DNA of 64,000 nucleotides, from positions 23,896 through 87,895 of the forward strand of contig DASYZL010000004.1 in NCBI GenBank assembly GCA_035946335.1, read 5' to 3'. The first letter of the stretch is position 1. Each line of letters opens with the position of its first letter. Positions 19,249 to 31,157 of this stretch are shown one piece after another. The position numbers were made by a program, and so were the translations under genes. This stretch comes from Patescibacteria group bacterium (lineage in GTDB: Bacteria; Patescibacteriota; Microgenomatia; Levybacterales; UBA12049). The notes beneath the pieces are model-generated. The model was not told the DNA's origin. It saw nothing but the letters and a program-made list of their open reading frames with translations, and did no database searches.

Positions 19249-19304
19249 ATTCCATCTCATGTCTTCAATCCAATAAATACCCCTTTGCAGGATACAGGTA
19301 ATTC

Positions 19305-21110
19305 GTGTACTGTAAAGGTATGACACCACAGGAAGATCTCCAAGCAACATCTCCTTTACCCGCTGGAAATCAAGAACATTCGCCTGCGTATTATAAAACA
19401 TTGAATACTCCTACGGAAAGTTATAAGAAACTGAAGGAAACGTTACATCCTCTGTTGCCCACAGAAACATCAGCTGAATTTCTAAGAGAAGGAAATGCTT
19501 CAGAATCACGACAGGATACAGGCAGTCATCTTTTTAATGAAGCGCCCCCAGGTATTGATATGCATGATACTGCTAACGACATCGTAGCAATCTCAACAGC
19601 ACTTACTAAAGATTTATCCGAAACACCACCCCAAATATCTACCGTCCGGCCACAACCACAGGCCACATATACCAGGCCACATCCAAGAAAATATCATTTA
19701 CTTCCTCTTAGCACTCCAACCACTCCTGCTTCAGCAGTACCAGCGGCAAGAAATAACAGATCTTGGATCTATGACGATGAGTCTCTCGCACAACCTGCAG
19801 TACAGCAACCGGACACACAAACACCAACAGTACCGTCTCAATTACCTTCCGCAGAAGTACAGGAAAATGGAAACACAAATATGAGTGAACAACCACCTGT
19901 ACTGCTACCGCAACCTGCTTCAGATTTGCAGCATAATGAACAACACACACCAACAGATGCACTAAGAAGCATTGACCCATTACGGGGAAGGCTTCTGGAT
20001 GCAAATGCAGCTGAGATGGTATTTACTGACGAAGAACTGAAAATGTATACCATACCACTCCTTGAAAACTTGCGTAAGGATAATAATAGGCTCAATGACA
20101 GGGAGTTTACGACTTTTAAGCTTGCGGCTTTGATGAGGAAAATACCTGCTATTGTAGAAGGAGAAACTAACATATCCGCAGAAGAAAGAGCAAACAGATT
20201 AGCGCTTATTGCGTATGCCGTACTCCGACAAACCCCGTATCCTGCTACCTATATGCTCGTTACGTCCCCTGAAGGCAATCTTCGTATTGAAACAATCCTC
20301 CCTAATTACAATCAAAAAAGAGAACTGTCTATTCTTGATTTTCACCATACACCTGAAGAGTTAAGAGCAATAAACTATGCGGATTTCCCTGATTCTGTAC
20401 AATTAGTATATGATAAACTTTTTCGAAGAAATGGAAACAGAGGATTTCCAAAAATCAAGGTGCTACCAGAAGGATTCGCATCCGCGGAACCAAGAACCCA
20501 TATATCAGAAATTCCCCTCAGTATTCATAAACAATCACTACTGAATCAGGATGACCGGCTTCAGGTTGTGCATGTTCAAACATCTCCAATCCATAAGCAA
20601 GGACATGATTATGATACCGGAGAATTACCATTCATCGAAGACCAACTCCTTCCTGCTTCTGCTTTACGTGTTGCACATTATAGCGACACTACTATTCCTA
20701 TGACAAAAGCACAACTGGAACAGCATGCAACCTGGTCACGTGGCTCATCAAACGGTGTACCAGAGCAAACTACTACTCCAATAAAAGCAACAGAAAGAGA
20801 CCATACAGTAAAACATCCTGATTTACGTAATGTAATGGAATACTTCGCAAAAACACTTTTATATAAGCAGAAAAGGACACAACAGGAAACCGAACTAGCT
20901 GTGAGGTGGTTCAGAAAACTTTCAAAGCATAATCGGCAGAGTATTTTTTACCATAATGCACTGGCAACGCTTCTTTATGCGCTAGGAGACCGTGATGGAT
21001 CATTCAGAGAACAAGCAGAAGTTATGCGGCTGGAACAACCAAGGCGGATCGCAGAACTTCGAAATAGGGTATTTGGACCAGTAAGTACTGGTAACATTGC
21101 ACAGAGATGA
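19305..21110 (+). CDS. Large hypothetical protein with Pro/Thr/Gln-rich N-terminal low-complexity region
   Basis: 601-aa ORF with no competing frames; about 200 aa of disordered N-terminus (PQISTVRPQPQATYTRPHP...), then an approximately 400-aa globular region with no recognisable motif; GC visibly higher than neighbouring genes. Confidence 0.6.
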   Translation: MYCKGMTPQEDLQATSPLPAGNQEHSPAYYKTLNTPTESYKKLKETLHPLLPTETSAEFLREGNASESRQDTGSHLFNEAPPGIDMHDTANDIVAISTALTKDLSETPPQISTVRPQPQATYTRPHPRKYHLLPLSTPTTPASAVPAARNNRSWIYDDESLAQPAVQQPDTQTPTVPSQLPSAEVQENGNTNMSEQPPVLLPQPASDLQHNEQHTPTDALRSIDPLRGRLLDANAAEMVFTDEELKMYTIPLLENLRKDNNRLNDREFTTFKLAALMRKIPAIVEGETNISAEERANRLALIAYAVLRQTPYPATYMLVTSPEGNLRIETILPNYNQKRELSILDFHHTPEELRAINYADFPDSVQLVYDKLFRRNGNRGFPKIKVLPEGFASAEPRTHISEIPLSIHKQSLLNQDDRLQVVHVQTSPIHKQGHDYDTGELPFIEDQLLPASALRVAHYSDTTIPMTKAQLEQHATWSRGSSNGVPEQTTTPIKATERDHTVKHPDLRNVMEYFAKTLLYKQKRTQQETELAVRWFRKLSKHNRQSIFYHNALATLLYALGDRDGSFREQAEVMRLEQPRRIAELRNRVFGPVSTGNIAQR

Positions 21111-21176
21111 GGATATACCTCTTCATACTATAACACATTGCCTGAGCTTCTGTTGTATGCTAAGATACTAATATAG

Positions 21177-23120
<1,944 letters not shown>

Positions 23121-23121
23121 T

Positions 23122-23598
23122 ATGGGCGTACGAAAGCTTATTGAGGACTATTTGCAGGAAGCGATGCTTATGCAGATTGCAACGGCAAAAAACAATCAGC
23201 CGTGGGTTTGCACTGTGCATTTTGCCTCAGACAATGCTCTACATTTATTTTGGATTTCACAGCCGGATCGGAGACATTCGAAGGAAATAGAAGAAAATGC
23301 CCTGGTTGCAGGAACAATTGTCATTCCACACACAAAAGATCAGAAAGCACGGGGTTTACAGTTTCAGGGAATTGCCAAAAAGCTCACTGACAAGAAAGAA
23401 TTCTCCCATGCAATTGAAGTTCTTGCAAAGCGCATGGAATACCAAAGTGAAAAAATACACAATCTCTTGGAAGGAAAGGATAACCATGTACCGTACCAGA
23501 TTATTCCCGAGTATTTTGTGCTTTTTGATGTAGTTAACTTTCCGCAAAATCCGCAGCAAACATATGTAGTAAAAAAAGGAAGCGAGGTGAAACAATAA
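23122..23598 (+). CDS. Pyridoxamine 5'-phosphate oxidase-like FMN-binding split-barrel protein
   Basis: LMQIATAKNNQPWVCTVHFASDNALHLFWIS resembles the PNPOx-like/general-stress-protein-26 family; start set to the ATG at 23122 just after the gyrB TAA. Confidence 0.55.
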   Translation: MGVRKLIEDYLQEAMLMQIATAKNNQPWVCTVHFASDNALHLFWISQPDRRHSKEIEENALVAGTIVIPHTKDQKARGLQFQGIAKKLTDKKEFSHAIEVLAKRMEYQSEKIHNLLEGKDNHVPYQIIPEYFVLFDVVNFPQNPQQTYVVKKGSEVKQ

Positions 23599-24116
23599 TG
23601 GATTACAAGAAACTCTCAACAGGAAAAGATCCGGAAAATGGACTCGTAAACGTCCTGATTGAAATTCCAAAAGATAATAATATCAAGTATGAATTAGATA
23701 AAGACTCAGGCCTCATACTAGTGGATAGATTTTTATATACGGCAATGAGTTATCCGTTCAATTATGGATTTGTACCAAACACATTAGCACAGGATGGCGA
23801 TCCGATTGATGTCATTGTTCTCTCAGAACACGCAGTTGTTCCTGGAAGTGTTATACCTTCTGTTGTTATCGGTATGCTTGAAATGGAAGATGAGGAGGGA
23901 ATTGATACAAAAATCCTTGCTGTACCAACAGCAAAAGTTGATCCGCTATTTGGTATCTATAAAAATATCGATGATGTTCCAGAAGCGATTAAAAAGAAAA
24001 TCAAACATTTTTTCGAAAATTATAAGTCACTAGAGCCGGGAAAGTGGGTAAAACTGAAAGAATGGAAAGATAAATCGGATGCAATTGCAGCTGTGAAAGA
24101 ATCACTGAAGGCATAA
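23598..24116 (+). CDS. ppa: Inorganic pyrophosphatase
   Basis: EIPKDNNIKYELDKDSG...YPFNYGFVPNTLAQDGDPIDV family I PPase signature. Confidence 0.9.
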   Translation: MDYKKLSTGKDPENGLVNVLIEIPKDNNIKYELDKDSGLILVDRFLYTAMSYPFNYGFVPNTLAQDGDPIDVIVLSEHAVVPGSVIPSVVIGMLEMEDEEGIDTKILAVPTAKVDPLFGIYKNIDDVPEAIKKKIKHFFENYKSLEPGKWVKLKEWKDKSDAIAAVKESLKA

Positions 24117-24167
24117 AAAGAAGTGAGAGGGTAATAACCCATCTATCTTCTCACTTCTTTCTTTTTT
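24116..24167 (+). terminator. Rho-independent terminator-like hairpin immediately upstream of the gyrA start
   Basis: GAAGTGAGAGG...CTTCTCACTTC 10-11 bp inverted repeat followed by TTTCTTTTTT, ending at the gyrA ATG. Confidence 0.6.
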
Positions 24168-26720
24168 ATGGAAATAGGTAAATTACAAAAAACAGAATTG
24201 ACTCACGAAATGAAGCGCGCATATTTAGACTATGCGATGTCTGTTATTGTTGACCGGGCGCTTCCTGATGTGCGTGATGGATTGAAACCTGTACACCGCA
24301 GGATACTTTTTGCAATGCATGAATTGGGACTTGTGCACAATGCAAAATATGCAAAGTCTGCAAAAATTGTCGGAGAAGTAATGGGAAAATATCATCCCCA
24401 TGGTGATATGCCAATTTATGATGCACTGGTACGACTTGCACAGGATTTCTCCATGCGTTACCCGCTAATCGACGGACAAGGTAACTTTGGAAGCATTGAC
24501 GGAGATCCACCTGCGGCGATGCGTTACTCAGAAGCGAGAATGGCAGCTATCACATCAGAAATGCTCTATGATTTAGACAAAGAAACCGTTACAACGAAAC
24601 CAAATTTTGATGCAACACTGCAAGAACCACTCTATCTTCCTGCAAAACTGCCCAACCTTCTTTTAATGGGCGCAGAAGGTATTGCAGTTGGTATGGCAAC
24701 TAAAATTCCTCCGCACAATTTGACTGAAATTATTAATGCAATCATTGCGATGATTGAAAAAAGCAAAATAGAGAAGACTGTACCAGGGAATACGCATACA
24801 GAAAAATCTGCAATAAGAACAAATCCAATGAATAAGGTACAAAACGTAACCAACAGTAATAATCACACGATACATCTTTTGACTGATATCTCTATTGAAG
24901 AACTGCTTACGTATGTAAAAGGTCCTGACTTTCCGACAAAAGGAGCGATTTATGACATCAATGAAATTAAAAATCTCTATGCTACAGGCAAAGGGAAAAT
25001 AGTTATCCGGGGAAAAGCAGAAATTGAAGACATCGGACAGGGAAAATCGGCGATTATTATTACTGAACTTCCTTATCAGGTAAACAAAGCATTATTAGTC
25101 GCGCGTATTGCTGATCTTGTCAAAGAGAAAAAAGTGGAAGGTATTACGGATTTGCGCGACGAATCAGACAGACACGGCCTTCGCGTTGTTATTGAGTTGA
25201 AACGTGACGCTACACCAAAAAAAGTTCTCAATAATTTATATAAAAATACCTCTTTGCAAACAACCTTTCCTGGTAATATTGTTGCCTTAGTTGACGGCAC
25301 GCCACAAACCTTAACGCTAAAAGTTATTCTTGAAGAATATGTTAAGCATCGCTTTCTTGTTGTCACGAAGCGAAGTGAATTTGAATTAAGACAAGCGAAG
25401 GCGCGGCTACATATTTTAGAAGGACTGAAGATTGCAGTCGATCATATTGATGCAGTCATCGCAACTATCAGAGGCTCAAAAGACCAGGAAGAAGCAAAGA
25501 AAAATCTGATGGATAAGTTTACGCTGTCTGAAATCCAAGCAACAGCAATTCTTGATATGCAGTTGCGCCGCCTGGCAGCGCTAGAACGGCAGAAAATTGA
25601 AGACGAGCTCATGATGGTTAAAGAAACAATTGCCTACCTTGAGGATTTACTTGCACATCCGGACAAAGTATTGACGGTCATCAAAGAAGAACTGCAGAAA
25701 CTGAAAGAAAAATTTGGTGACGAACGAAGGACTCGTGTTTTCAAGGGAAAAGTCGGTGAATTTTCCGAAGAAGATTTGATTCCAAATGAACCAACTGTCA
25801 TCACAATCACAACAACAGGATACATCAAGCGTCAGAGCACAAACTCTTTTTCAACACAGAATCGCGGGGGTAAAGGAGTAAAAGGCATGACGACAAAAGA
25901 AGAAGATGAAATCATGAATATCCGCTATGCACAAACACATGATAATTTACTGTTCTTTACTAATAAAGGGAAGGTTTATCAACTGAAAGCCTACGAAATT
26001 AACGAAAGCAGCCGGGTTAGCAAAGGAACAGCAATTGTTAATTTACTTAACATAGAAGCGGGAGAACAAATTGAATCTTTTATTAACTATTCAGGAAAAA
26101 TGTCTGGTTTTGTTTTTCTGACAACACGTAACGGTACAGTGAAGAAATCAAAGATCTCTGAATTTGAAAATATTAGGCGTAGCGGTATTGTCGCAATCAA
26201 GCTTGATAAGGGTGATGAATTGGTATGGAGTAATTTCACAACAGGTAATGATGATATTCTGCTGGTAACAAAAGAAGGAAAAGCAATCCGATTCTCCGAA
26301 TCTGAAGTCCGTCCGATGGGACGCGCAACACAAGGTGTACGAGGAATCAAAATAAACACAACGGATGAAGTTATCGGCATGGATATCATTGAAAAAAATG
26401 ACAAAACAGCAGAACTCCTGGCAATCATGGAAAACGGTTTGGGGAAGAAGACATTTGCAACAGAGTTTCGCGGACAAAGCAGGGGAGGCATGGGTGTAAA
26501 AGTTGCCAATGTGACAGAAAAGACAGGAAAAGTTGCAAGTGCGCAGATTATTCCGCCAAATACGAAATCTGTTATTATGACATCCAAAAAGGGACAGGTA
26601 GTACAGATTGATGTAACGGCAATTCCGCATCTCTCTCGTGCAACGCAGGGGGTCATTCTCATGCGATTCTCTCATTCTGGAGACCACATTGCCTCTACCA
26701 CCTGTGTTGCGGAAAAGTAA
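24168..26720 (+). CDS. gyrA: DNA gyrase subunit A
   Basis: [24 protein letters not shown] and the active-site Tyr region, with a C-terminal beta-pinwheel; carries an approximately 40-aa insertion before GPDFPT. Confidence 0.95.
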   Translation: MEIGKLQKTELTHEMKRAYLDYAMSVIVDRALPDVRDGLKPVHRRILFAMHELGLVHNAKYAKSAKIVGEVMGKYHPHGDMPIYDALVRLAQDFSMRYPLIDGQGNFGSIDGDPPAAMRYSEARMAAITSEMLYDLDKETVTTKPNFDATLQEPLYLPAKLPNLLLMGAEGIAVGMATKIPPHNLTEIINAIIAMIEKSKIEKTVPGNTHTEKSAIRTNPMNKVQNVTNSNNHTIHLLTDISIEELLTYVKGPDFPTKGAIYDINEIKNLYATGKGKIVIRGKAEIEDIGQGKSAIIITELPYQVNKALLVARIADLVKEKKVEGITDLRDESDRHGLRVVIELKRDATPKKVLNNLYKNTSLQTTFPGNIVALVDGTPQTLTLKVILEEYVKHRFLVVTKRSEFELRQAKARLHILEGLKIAVDHIDAVIATIRGSKDQEEAKKNLMDKFTLSEIQATAILDMQLRRLAALERQKIEDELMMVKETIAYLEDLLAHPDKVLTVIKEELQKLKEKFGDERRTRVFKGKVGEFSEEDLIPNEPTVITITTTGYIKRQSTNSFSTQNRGGKGVKGMTTKEEDEIMNIRYAQTHDNLLFFTNKGKVYQLKAYEINESSRVSKGTAIVNLLNIEAGEQIESFINYSGKMSGFVFLTTRNGTVKKSKISEFENIRRSGIVAIKLDKGDELVWSNFTTGNDDILLVTKEGKAIRFSESEVRPMGRATQGVRGIKINTTDEVIGMDIIEKNDKTAELLAIMENGLGKKTFATEFRGQSRGGMGVKVANVTEKTGKVASAQIIPPNTKSVIMTSKKGQVVQIDVTAIPHLSRATQGVILMRFSHSGDHIASTTCVAEK

Positions 26721-26746
26721 TACTTTGTTCTGGTATAATACGGAAA

Positions 26747-27601
26747 ATGATTATAGATGGACGGACAATTGCCAATAGCATTCTTGAAAACCTCTCGCAA
26801 CGTATCCGTAAATTGCAAAAAAATTATGGCATAGAACCACACCTTGTTGTTATCAGGGTAGGGGAGGATCCGGCAATTACTTCATATATTGCACAAAAAG
26901 AAAAAATGGCAAAAAAAATCGGTGCAATAGTAAGTGTATACAATTTCCCTTCAAATGTTACCGAAGATGAACTAAAGGCATGCCTTGATTTCTTGCAAAC
27001 GAAAACAAATATCCATGGCACCATTCTTCAATTACCGCTACCTCCGCATCTGGACGGGAAAAAATTGCTCCTGGAAATCAGGGCTGAAAAAGATGTTGAC
27101 GGATTCCGTCCGAATTCACAGTTTCCTGTTCCGATTGCACAGGCAGTTATCAAATGCCTGAAAATTCCGTATGTGAAAGTGGCTGAAAAAACAGAACAAA
27201 TATTTGATGAATGGCTCAAGAGCAAAACAGTTATTGTCATCGGGAAAGGCAAAACAGGCGGACAGCCGGTTATTGATGCATTGCAAAAGAAAGGCATACA
27301 TCCCATGATTATTGACACTCGAACAGAACACCCTGAGGTTATCCTTAAACAGGCAGATATTATCATTTCTGCTGTTGGGAAGGAACATGTCATTACCAAA
27401 AATATTCTGAAAAAAGATGTTATTCTTATCGGCATTGGTATACACATGACGGATGAGGGAAAATTTGCAGGAGATTATAACGAGACGGAGATTAAAGACA
27501 TTGCTTCGTGGTATACGCCAGTTCCTGGTGGTGTTGGACCGGTCAATGTTGCCTGTCTGATGGAGAATCTTGTTATCGCGACAGAAAATGCAGTAACATA
27601 A
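26747..27601 (+). CDS. folD: Bifunctional 5,10-methylene-THF dehydrogenase/cyclohydrolase FolD
   Basis: MIIDGRTIAN...LPLPPHLD...VPGGVGPV FolD signatures. Confidence 0.9.
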   Translation: MIIDGRTIANSILENLSQRIRKLQKNYGIEPHLVVIRVGEDPAITSYIAQKEKMAKKIGAIVSVYNFPSNVTEDELKACLDFLQTKTNIHGTILQLPLPPHLDGKKLLLEIRAEKDVDGFRPNSQFPVPIAQAVIKCLKIPYVKVAEKTEQIFDEWLKSKTVIVIGKGKTGGQPVIDALQKKGIHPMIIDTRTEHPEVILKQADIIISAVGKEHVITKNILKKDVILIGIGIHMTDEGKFAGDYNETEIKDIASWYTPVPGGVGPVNVACLMENLVIATENAVT

Positions 27602-27718
27602 TAATAAAAACCCTCCAATTTTTAGTGGATGAATAGGAATATTTCCTGATCTACAAAGTAACAGAAAAATATACAAATCATCAGTTGACGAGTACTGTTC
27701 TTTTTGCTAGCATAAATC

Positions 27719-29383
27719 GTGCCCGATAGCAAACATAATACAAAATATATATTTGTTTCTGGTGGACTTATTTCAGGTATTGGCAAAGGTACGACCGCTG
27801 CCTCAATTGCTCTTCTTTTTAAATCTACAGGATACAAAGTATCATTAATAAAATTTGAAAACTATCTTAACCTTGATGCAGGAACGATAAATCCTATAGA
27901 ACATGGAGATCCTTTTTTATGTGAGGATGGAACAGAGGCAGATATGGATATTGGCAGCTATGAAAAATTCCTCCATGAGGATATGGGAAAGGGGAACTTC
28001 GTTACCATGGGACGGATTTATCAAACAGTTATCGAGCGGGAACGGAGGTTTGAATATAATGGAGAGGATGTTGAGGCAATACCGCATATAACTGATGAGA
28101 TCATAAAGCGCATCAAGGGATTAGCGAGAGAAAAAAAGGCTGATATTGTCATTATTGAACTAGGAGGAACCGCAGGAGAGTATCAGAATATTTTTTACTA
28201 TGAAGCATCCCGTATTATGACGTTACAACATCCGCAGGATGTTATCCACATTCACGTCAGCTACGTACCGACACCACGTCATCTTGGAGAACCGAAAACA
28301 AAACCAACGCAACTATCTGTTCGGACGCTTAATTCAATGGGAATTCAGCCGGACTTTATTGTCGCAAGAAGCGAGAAATTTTTAGACCAGAGACGGCGCG
28401 ACAGGTTCGCATTGTTTTGCAATATGCATGAAGGAGATATTATTTCCAACCCTGACATGGACTCTGCATACGAAATTCCTCTTACACTCCATGAGCAACT
28501 GCTTGACGAAAAGATATTGAAAAAACTTCAGCTCCCCGTTAGGAAACCTCACCTCAAAGAATGGCAACAGCTTATTGATACGATTCTTGCGAAAAAAGAA
28601 AAAACAATTGAAATAGCAATTGTTGGTAAATACTTCGGGACAGGGGAATACCAGTTACGTGATGCATACGCAGCACTGTTCGATGCAATCGACCATGCTT
28701 CCTGGAAAACTGGTGTTGCGGTAAAAACGCGTTGGGTCAGTGCGGAAAAAGTGGAGAAAGAAGGAGCGGAAAAAATCATTGGCAACCCTGACGGCATTAT
28801 TGTACCAATCGGGTGGGGAGAACGCGGCGCAAAAGGAATGATACTGGCAGCAACGTATGCACGGGAACGAAAAATTCCTTATCTAGGGCTTTGCTACGGT
28901 ATGCAACTTGCAGTCGTTGCGTTTGCCCAAAGTGTTTTAGATTGGAGTGATGCAAATACGTCGGAAAATAATCCCAAAACAAAGCATGATATTATTCATT
29001 TAATCCCTTCACAAAAAACACTCATGGAACGACGTGCGTATGGCGGCACCATGCGATTGGGCAGTTGGGAAGCGATCGTAAAAAAGGGAACTCAAACATT
29101 TTCCTTTTATGAGAAATTCGGCGGATCAATCAATGTCAAAACAGGATTAACCAGTGAACGTCATCGCCACCGTTATGAAGTGAATGAGCGGTTTGTAAAA
29201 GATCTGGAAAAGGCAGGACTCATTATTGCTGCGCGATCGAAAATTGAAAATCTTGTTGAGATTATTGAATTACCAAAAACCATGCATCCGTTTTATTTAG
29301 GCACACAGGGTCACCCGGAATATAAAAGCAGACCGCTTGCTCCGCATCCACTCTTTGTTGCCTTCCTGAAAGCAATGATGTAA
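27719..29383 (+). CDS. pyrG: CTP synthase (GTG start)
   Basis: YIFVSGGLISGIGKGTTAASIALLF, glutamine amidotransferase Cys (GLCYGMQ), GTQGHPE. Confidence 0.95.
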   Translation: MPDSKHNTKYIFVSGGLISGIGKGTTAASIALLFKSTGYKVSLIKFENYLNLDAGTINPIEHGDPFLCEDGTEADMDIGSYEKFLHEDMGKGNFVTMGRIYQTVIERERRFEYNGEDVEAIPHITDEIIKRIKGLAREKKADIVIIELGGTAGEYQNIFYYEASRIMTLQHPQDVIHIHVSYVPTPRHLGEPKTKPTQLSVRTLNSMGIQPDFIVARSEKFLDQRRRDRFALFCNMHEGDIISNPDMDSAYEIPLTLHEQLLDEKILKKLQLPVRKPHLKEWQQLIDTILAKKEKTIEIAIVGKYFGTGEYQLRDAYAALFDAIDHASWKTGVAVKTRWVSAEKVEKEGAEKIIGNPDGIIVPIGWGERGAKGMILAATYARERKIPYLGLCYGMQLAVVAFAQSVLDWSDANTSENNPKTKHDIIHLIPSQKTLMERRAYGGTMRLGSWEAIVKKGTQTFSFYEKFGGSINVKTGLTSERHRHRYEVNERFVKDLEKAGLIIAARSKIENLVEIIELPKTMHPFYLGTQGHPEYKSRPLAPHPLFVAFLKAMM

Positions 29384-29425
29384 CCAAAATAGTATAGACT
29401 GGCATAATATGCTATACTATCGGCG

Positions 29426-31054
29426 ATGGATACGAATAAAGATTACTATAAGATAAGTTCATACGAAGCGAGAAAAGGGCAGGTGAAAAAAATTGTCCTC
29501 CTTTACTCCGGTAGTCTTTATACAACCGCACTGATCCCCTGGCTGAAAGAAACGTATAAGGCTGAAGTTGTCACGGTTACTGTTGATATAGGCCAAAAGG
29601 TGAATTTCGCAGAAATAAAAGATGACGCGTTGCGAGTTGGCGCATCAAAAGCCATTTTTATTGACGCAAAACAGGAGTTTGCAGAAAAGTACATTGCAAA
29701 AGCAATTAGAGCAAACACAGCATATAGAGAAGGATATCATTTATCTGCTCCCTTAAGCCGTCCCCTTCTAGCCAAACATGTAGTCAAAATAGCCGAAGAG
29801 GAGGGCGCTTCAGCAATTGCACATGGCGCATCAGGGCAAAGCAATGACCAGGTACGTTATGAAAGCCTAATCATCACACTGAATCAGGACATGAAAATTA
29901 TTGCGCCGTTACGCGGAAACGAGTTTTCATTGAAAGATTCTAAAGAATATGCAAAAAAATACAAAATCGCACAGGAGTATCAGGATCCGTACTATGCTAC
30001 AGATAAAACGCTATGGGGCGCAAGCATACTTGGCGGGACTGTGGAAAATACGTTCAAGCTTATCCATGTTGAACATTTGCTCAGTATGACAACCTTACCT
30101 GAAAAAGCTCCTGATACTCCTGAAAGTGTTACAGTAGAGTTCTTCCATGGCCTTCCAATAAAGGTGAATGGTAAACAGATGCCGCTTACTCCGTTAATTC
30201 AGGAATTAAACATCATTGCCGGAAGAAACGGTGTTGGTATTTCCTACCACATTACAGACATTATTATCGGCGTAAAACTGCGAAGTATTGATGAAGAACC
30301 AGCCGCAACGTTACTTATCAATGCACACAAAGAACTGGAAAAGTACGTATGCACGCGGGAGGAAAATGATATGAAACCGCTTATTGATACAAAGTGGATG
30401 TCGCTTTGCCACGATGGCTTGTGGTATGAACCACTTATTGCAGACATTGATGCGTTCATTACAACGGTTAATAAAAAGGTAAACGGTACCGTAAGTATTC
30501 AGTTGTATAAAGGGAATATGGATATTACGAATGTAAGAGCTCCCCAAACAATCTTTGAGAGAAAACGTGCAATGCATCTTGCAGATTATAGCATCATAAA
30601 CCCTCACGCGTTTCCCGGCTATATCGAAATTCACTCACTTCCCATGCGCCTTGCATATAGAAAAGAAAGTAATATTTTACTAACCATTGGGAAACGGAAT
30701 AATAAATTAAAACTTATCCAATCGCTTCGGGAAATCGATAGAGACCGGGTAACACTGTACGCAACATACAAAACGCATAAATTTCTTGCGAGGAACGGTA
30801 TATCATCAATACTTGTTAACAAAATGATGCATAAACATTTAGAGCCGAATTTGCGTACTTTATTACTTGAGAACCGTTTTGATGTCATTATCCGTATTCC
30901 TTCCGCAAAAAAATTGACACAAGGAGAGAAAGAAGCAGCGCAATTTATTCAAGATAAAGCAAAAGAGAATAATGTTTTGCTTATCGCTTCAGTAGAAGAA
31001 GCTCACAAATTGCTAGAAAGCTATCATAAAGCTCTAAAAAAAATTAACGTTTAG
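29426..31054 (+). CDS. Argininosuccinate synthetase-like N-type ATP pyrophosphatase with degenerate PP-loop, fused to a C-terminal MGS-like (CarB allosteric-type) domain
   Basis: Full-length ArgG homology (AHGASGQSNDQVRYES, GRNGVGISYHITDIIIGVKLRS, LWYEPLIADIDAFI), but the PP-loop reads SGSLYTT instead of SGGLDTS. The extra approximately 130-aa C-terminus (ATYKTHKFLARNGISSILVNKMMHKH) resembles the CarB MGS-like domain. Confidence 0.8.
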   Translation: MDTNKDYYKISSYEARKGQVKKIVLLYSGSLYTTALIPWLKETYKAEVVTVTVDIGQKVNFAEIKDDALRVGASKAIFIDAKQEFAEKYIAKAIRANTAYREGYHLSAPLSRPLLAKHVVKIAEEEGASAIAHGASGQSNDQVRYESLIITLNQDMKIIAPLRGNEFSLKDSKEYAKKYKIAQEYQDPYYATDKTLWGASILGGTVENTFKLIHVEHLLSMTTLPEKAPDTPESVTVEFFHGLPIKVNGKQMPLTPLIQELNIIAGRNGVGISYHITDIIIGVKLRSIDEEPAATLLINAHKELEKYVCTREENDMKPLIDTKWMSLCHDGLWYEPLIADIDAFITTVNKKVNGTVSIQLYKGNMDITNVRAPQTIFERKRAMHLADYSIINPHAFPGYIEIHSLPMRLAYRKESNILLTIGKRNNKLKLIQSLREIDRDRVTLYATYKTHKFLARNGISSILVNKMMHKHLEPNLRTLLLENRFDVIIRIPSAKKLTQGEKEAAQFIQDKAKENNVLLIASVEEAHKLLESYHKALKKINV

Positions 31055-31120
31055 CCTCTTGCAATAAGCAGATTGCGTGCTATAATTGCAACAATATTTG
31101 TAATCTTACAACAAGTAACT

Positions 31121-31156
31121 ACCCTCGCTTGCAGTGAGGGTTTTTTTCTTTTTTTA
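31121..31156 (+). terminator. Rho-independent terminator after the argG-like gene
   Basis: ACCCTC-gcttgcagt-GAGGGT hairpin followed by a 16-nt T-rich run ending 2 nt before the next ATG. Confidence 0.6.
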
Positions 31157-31157
31157 T

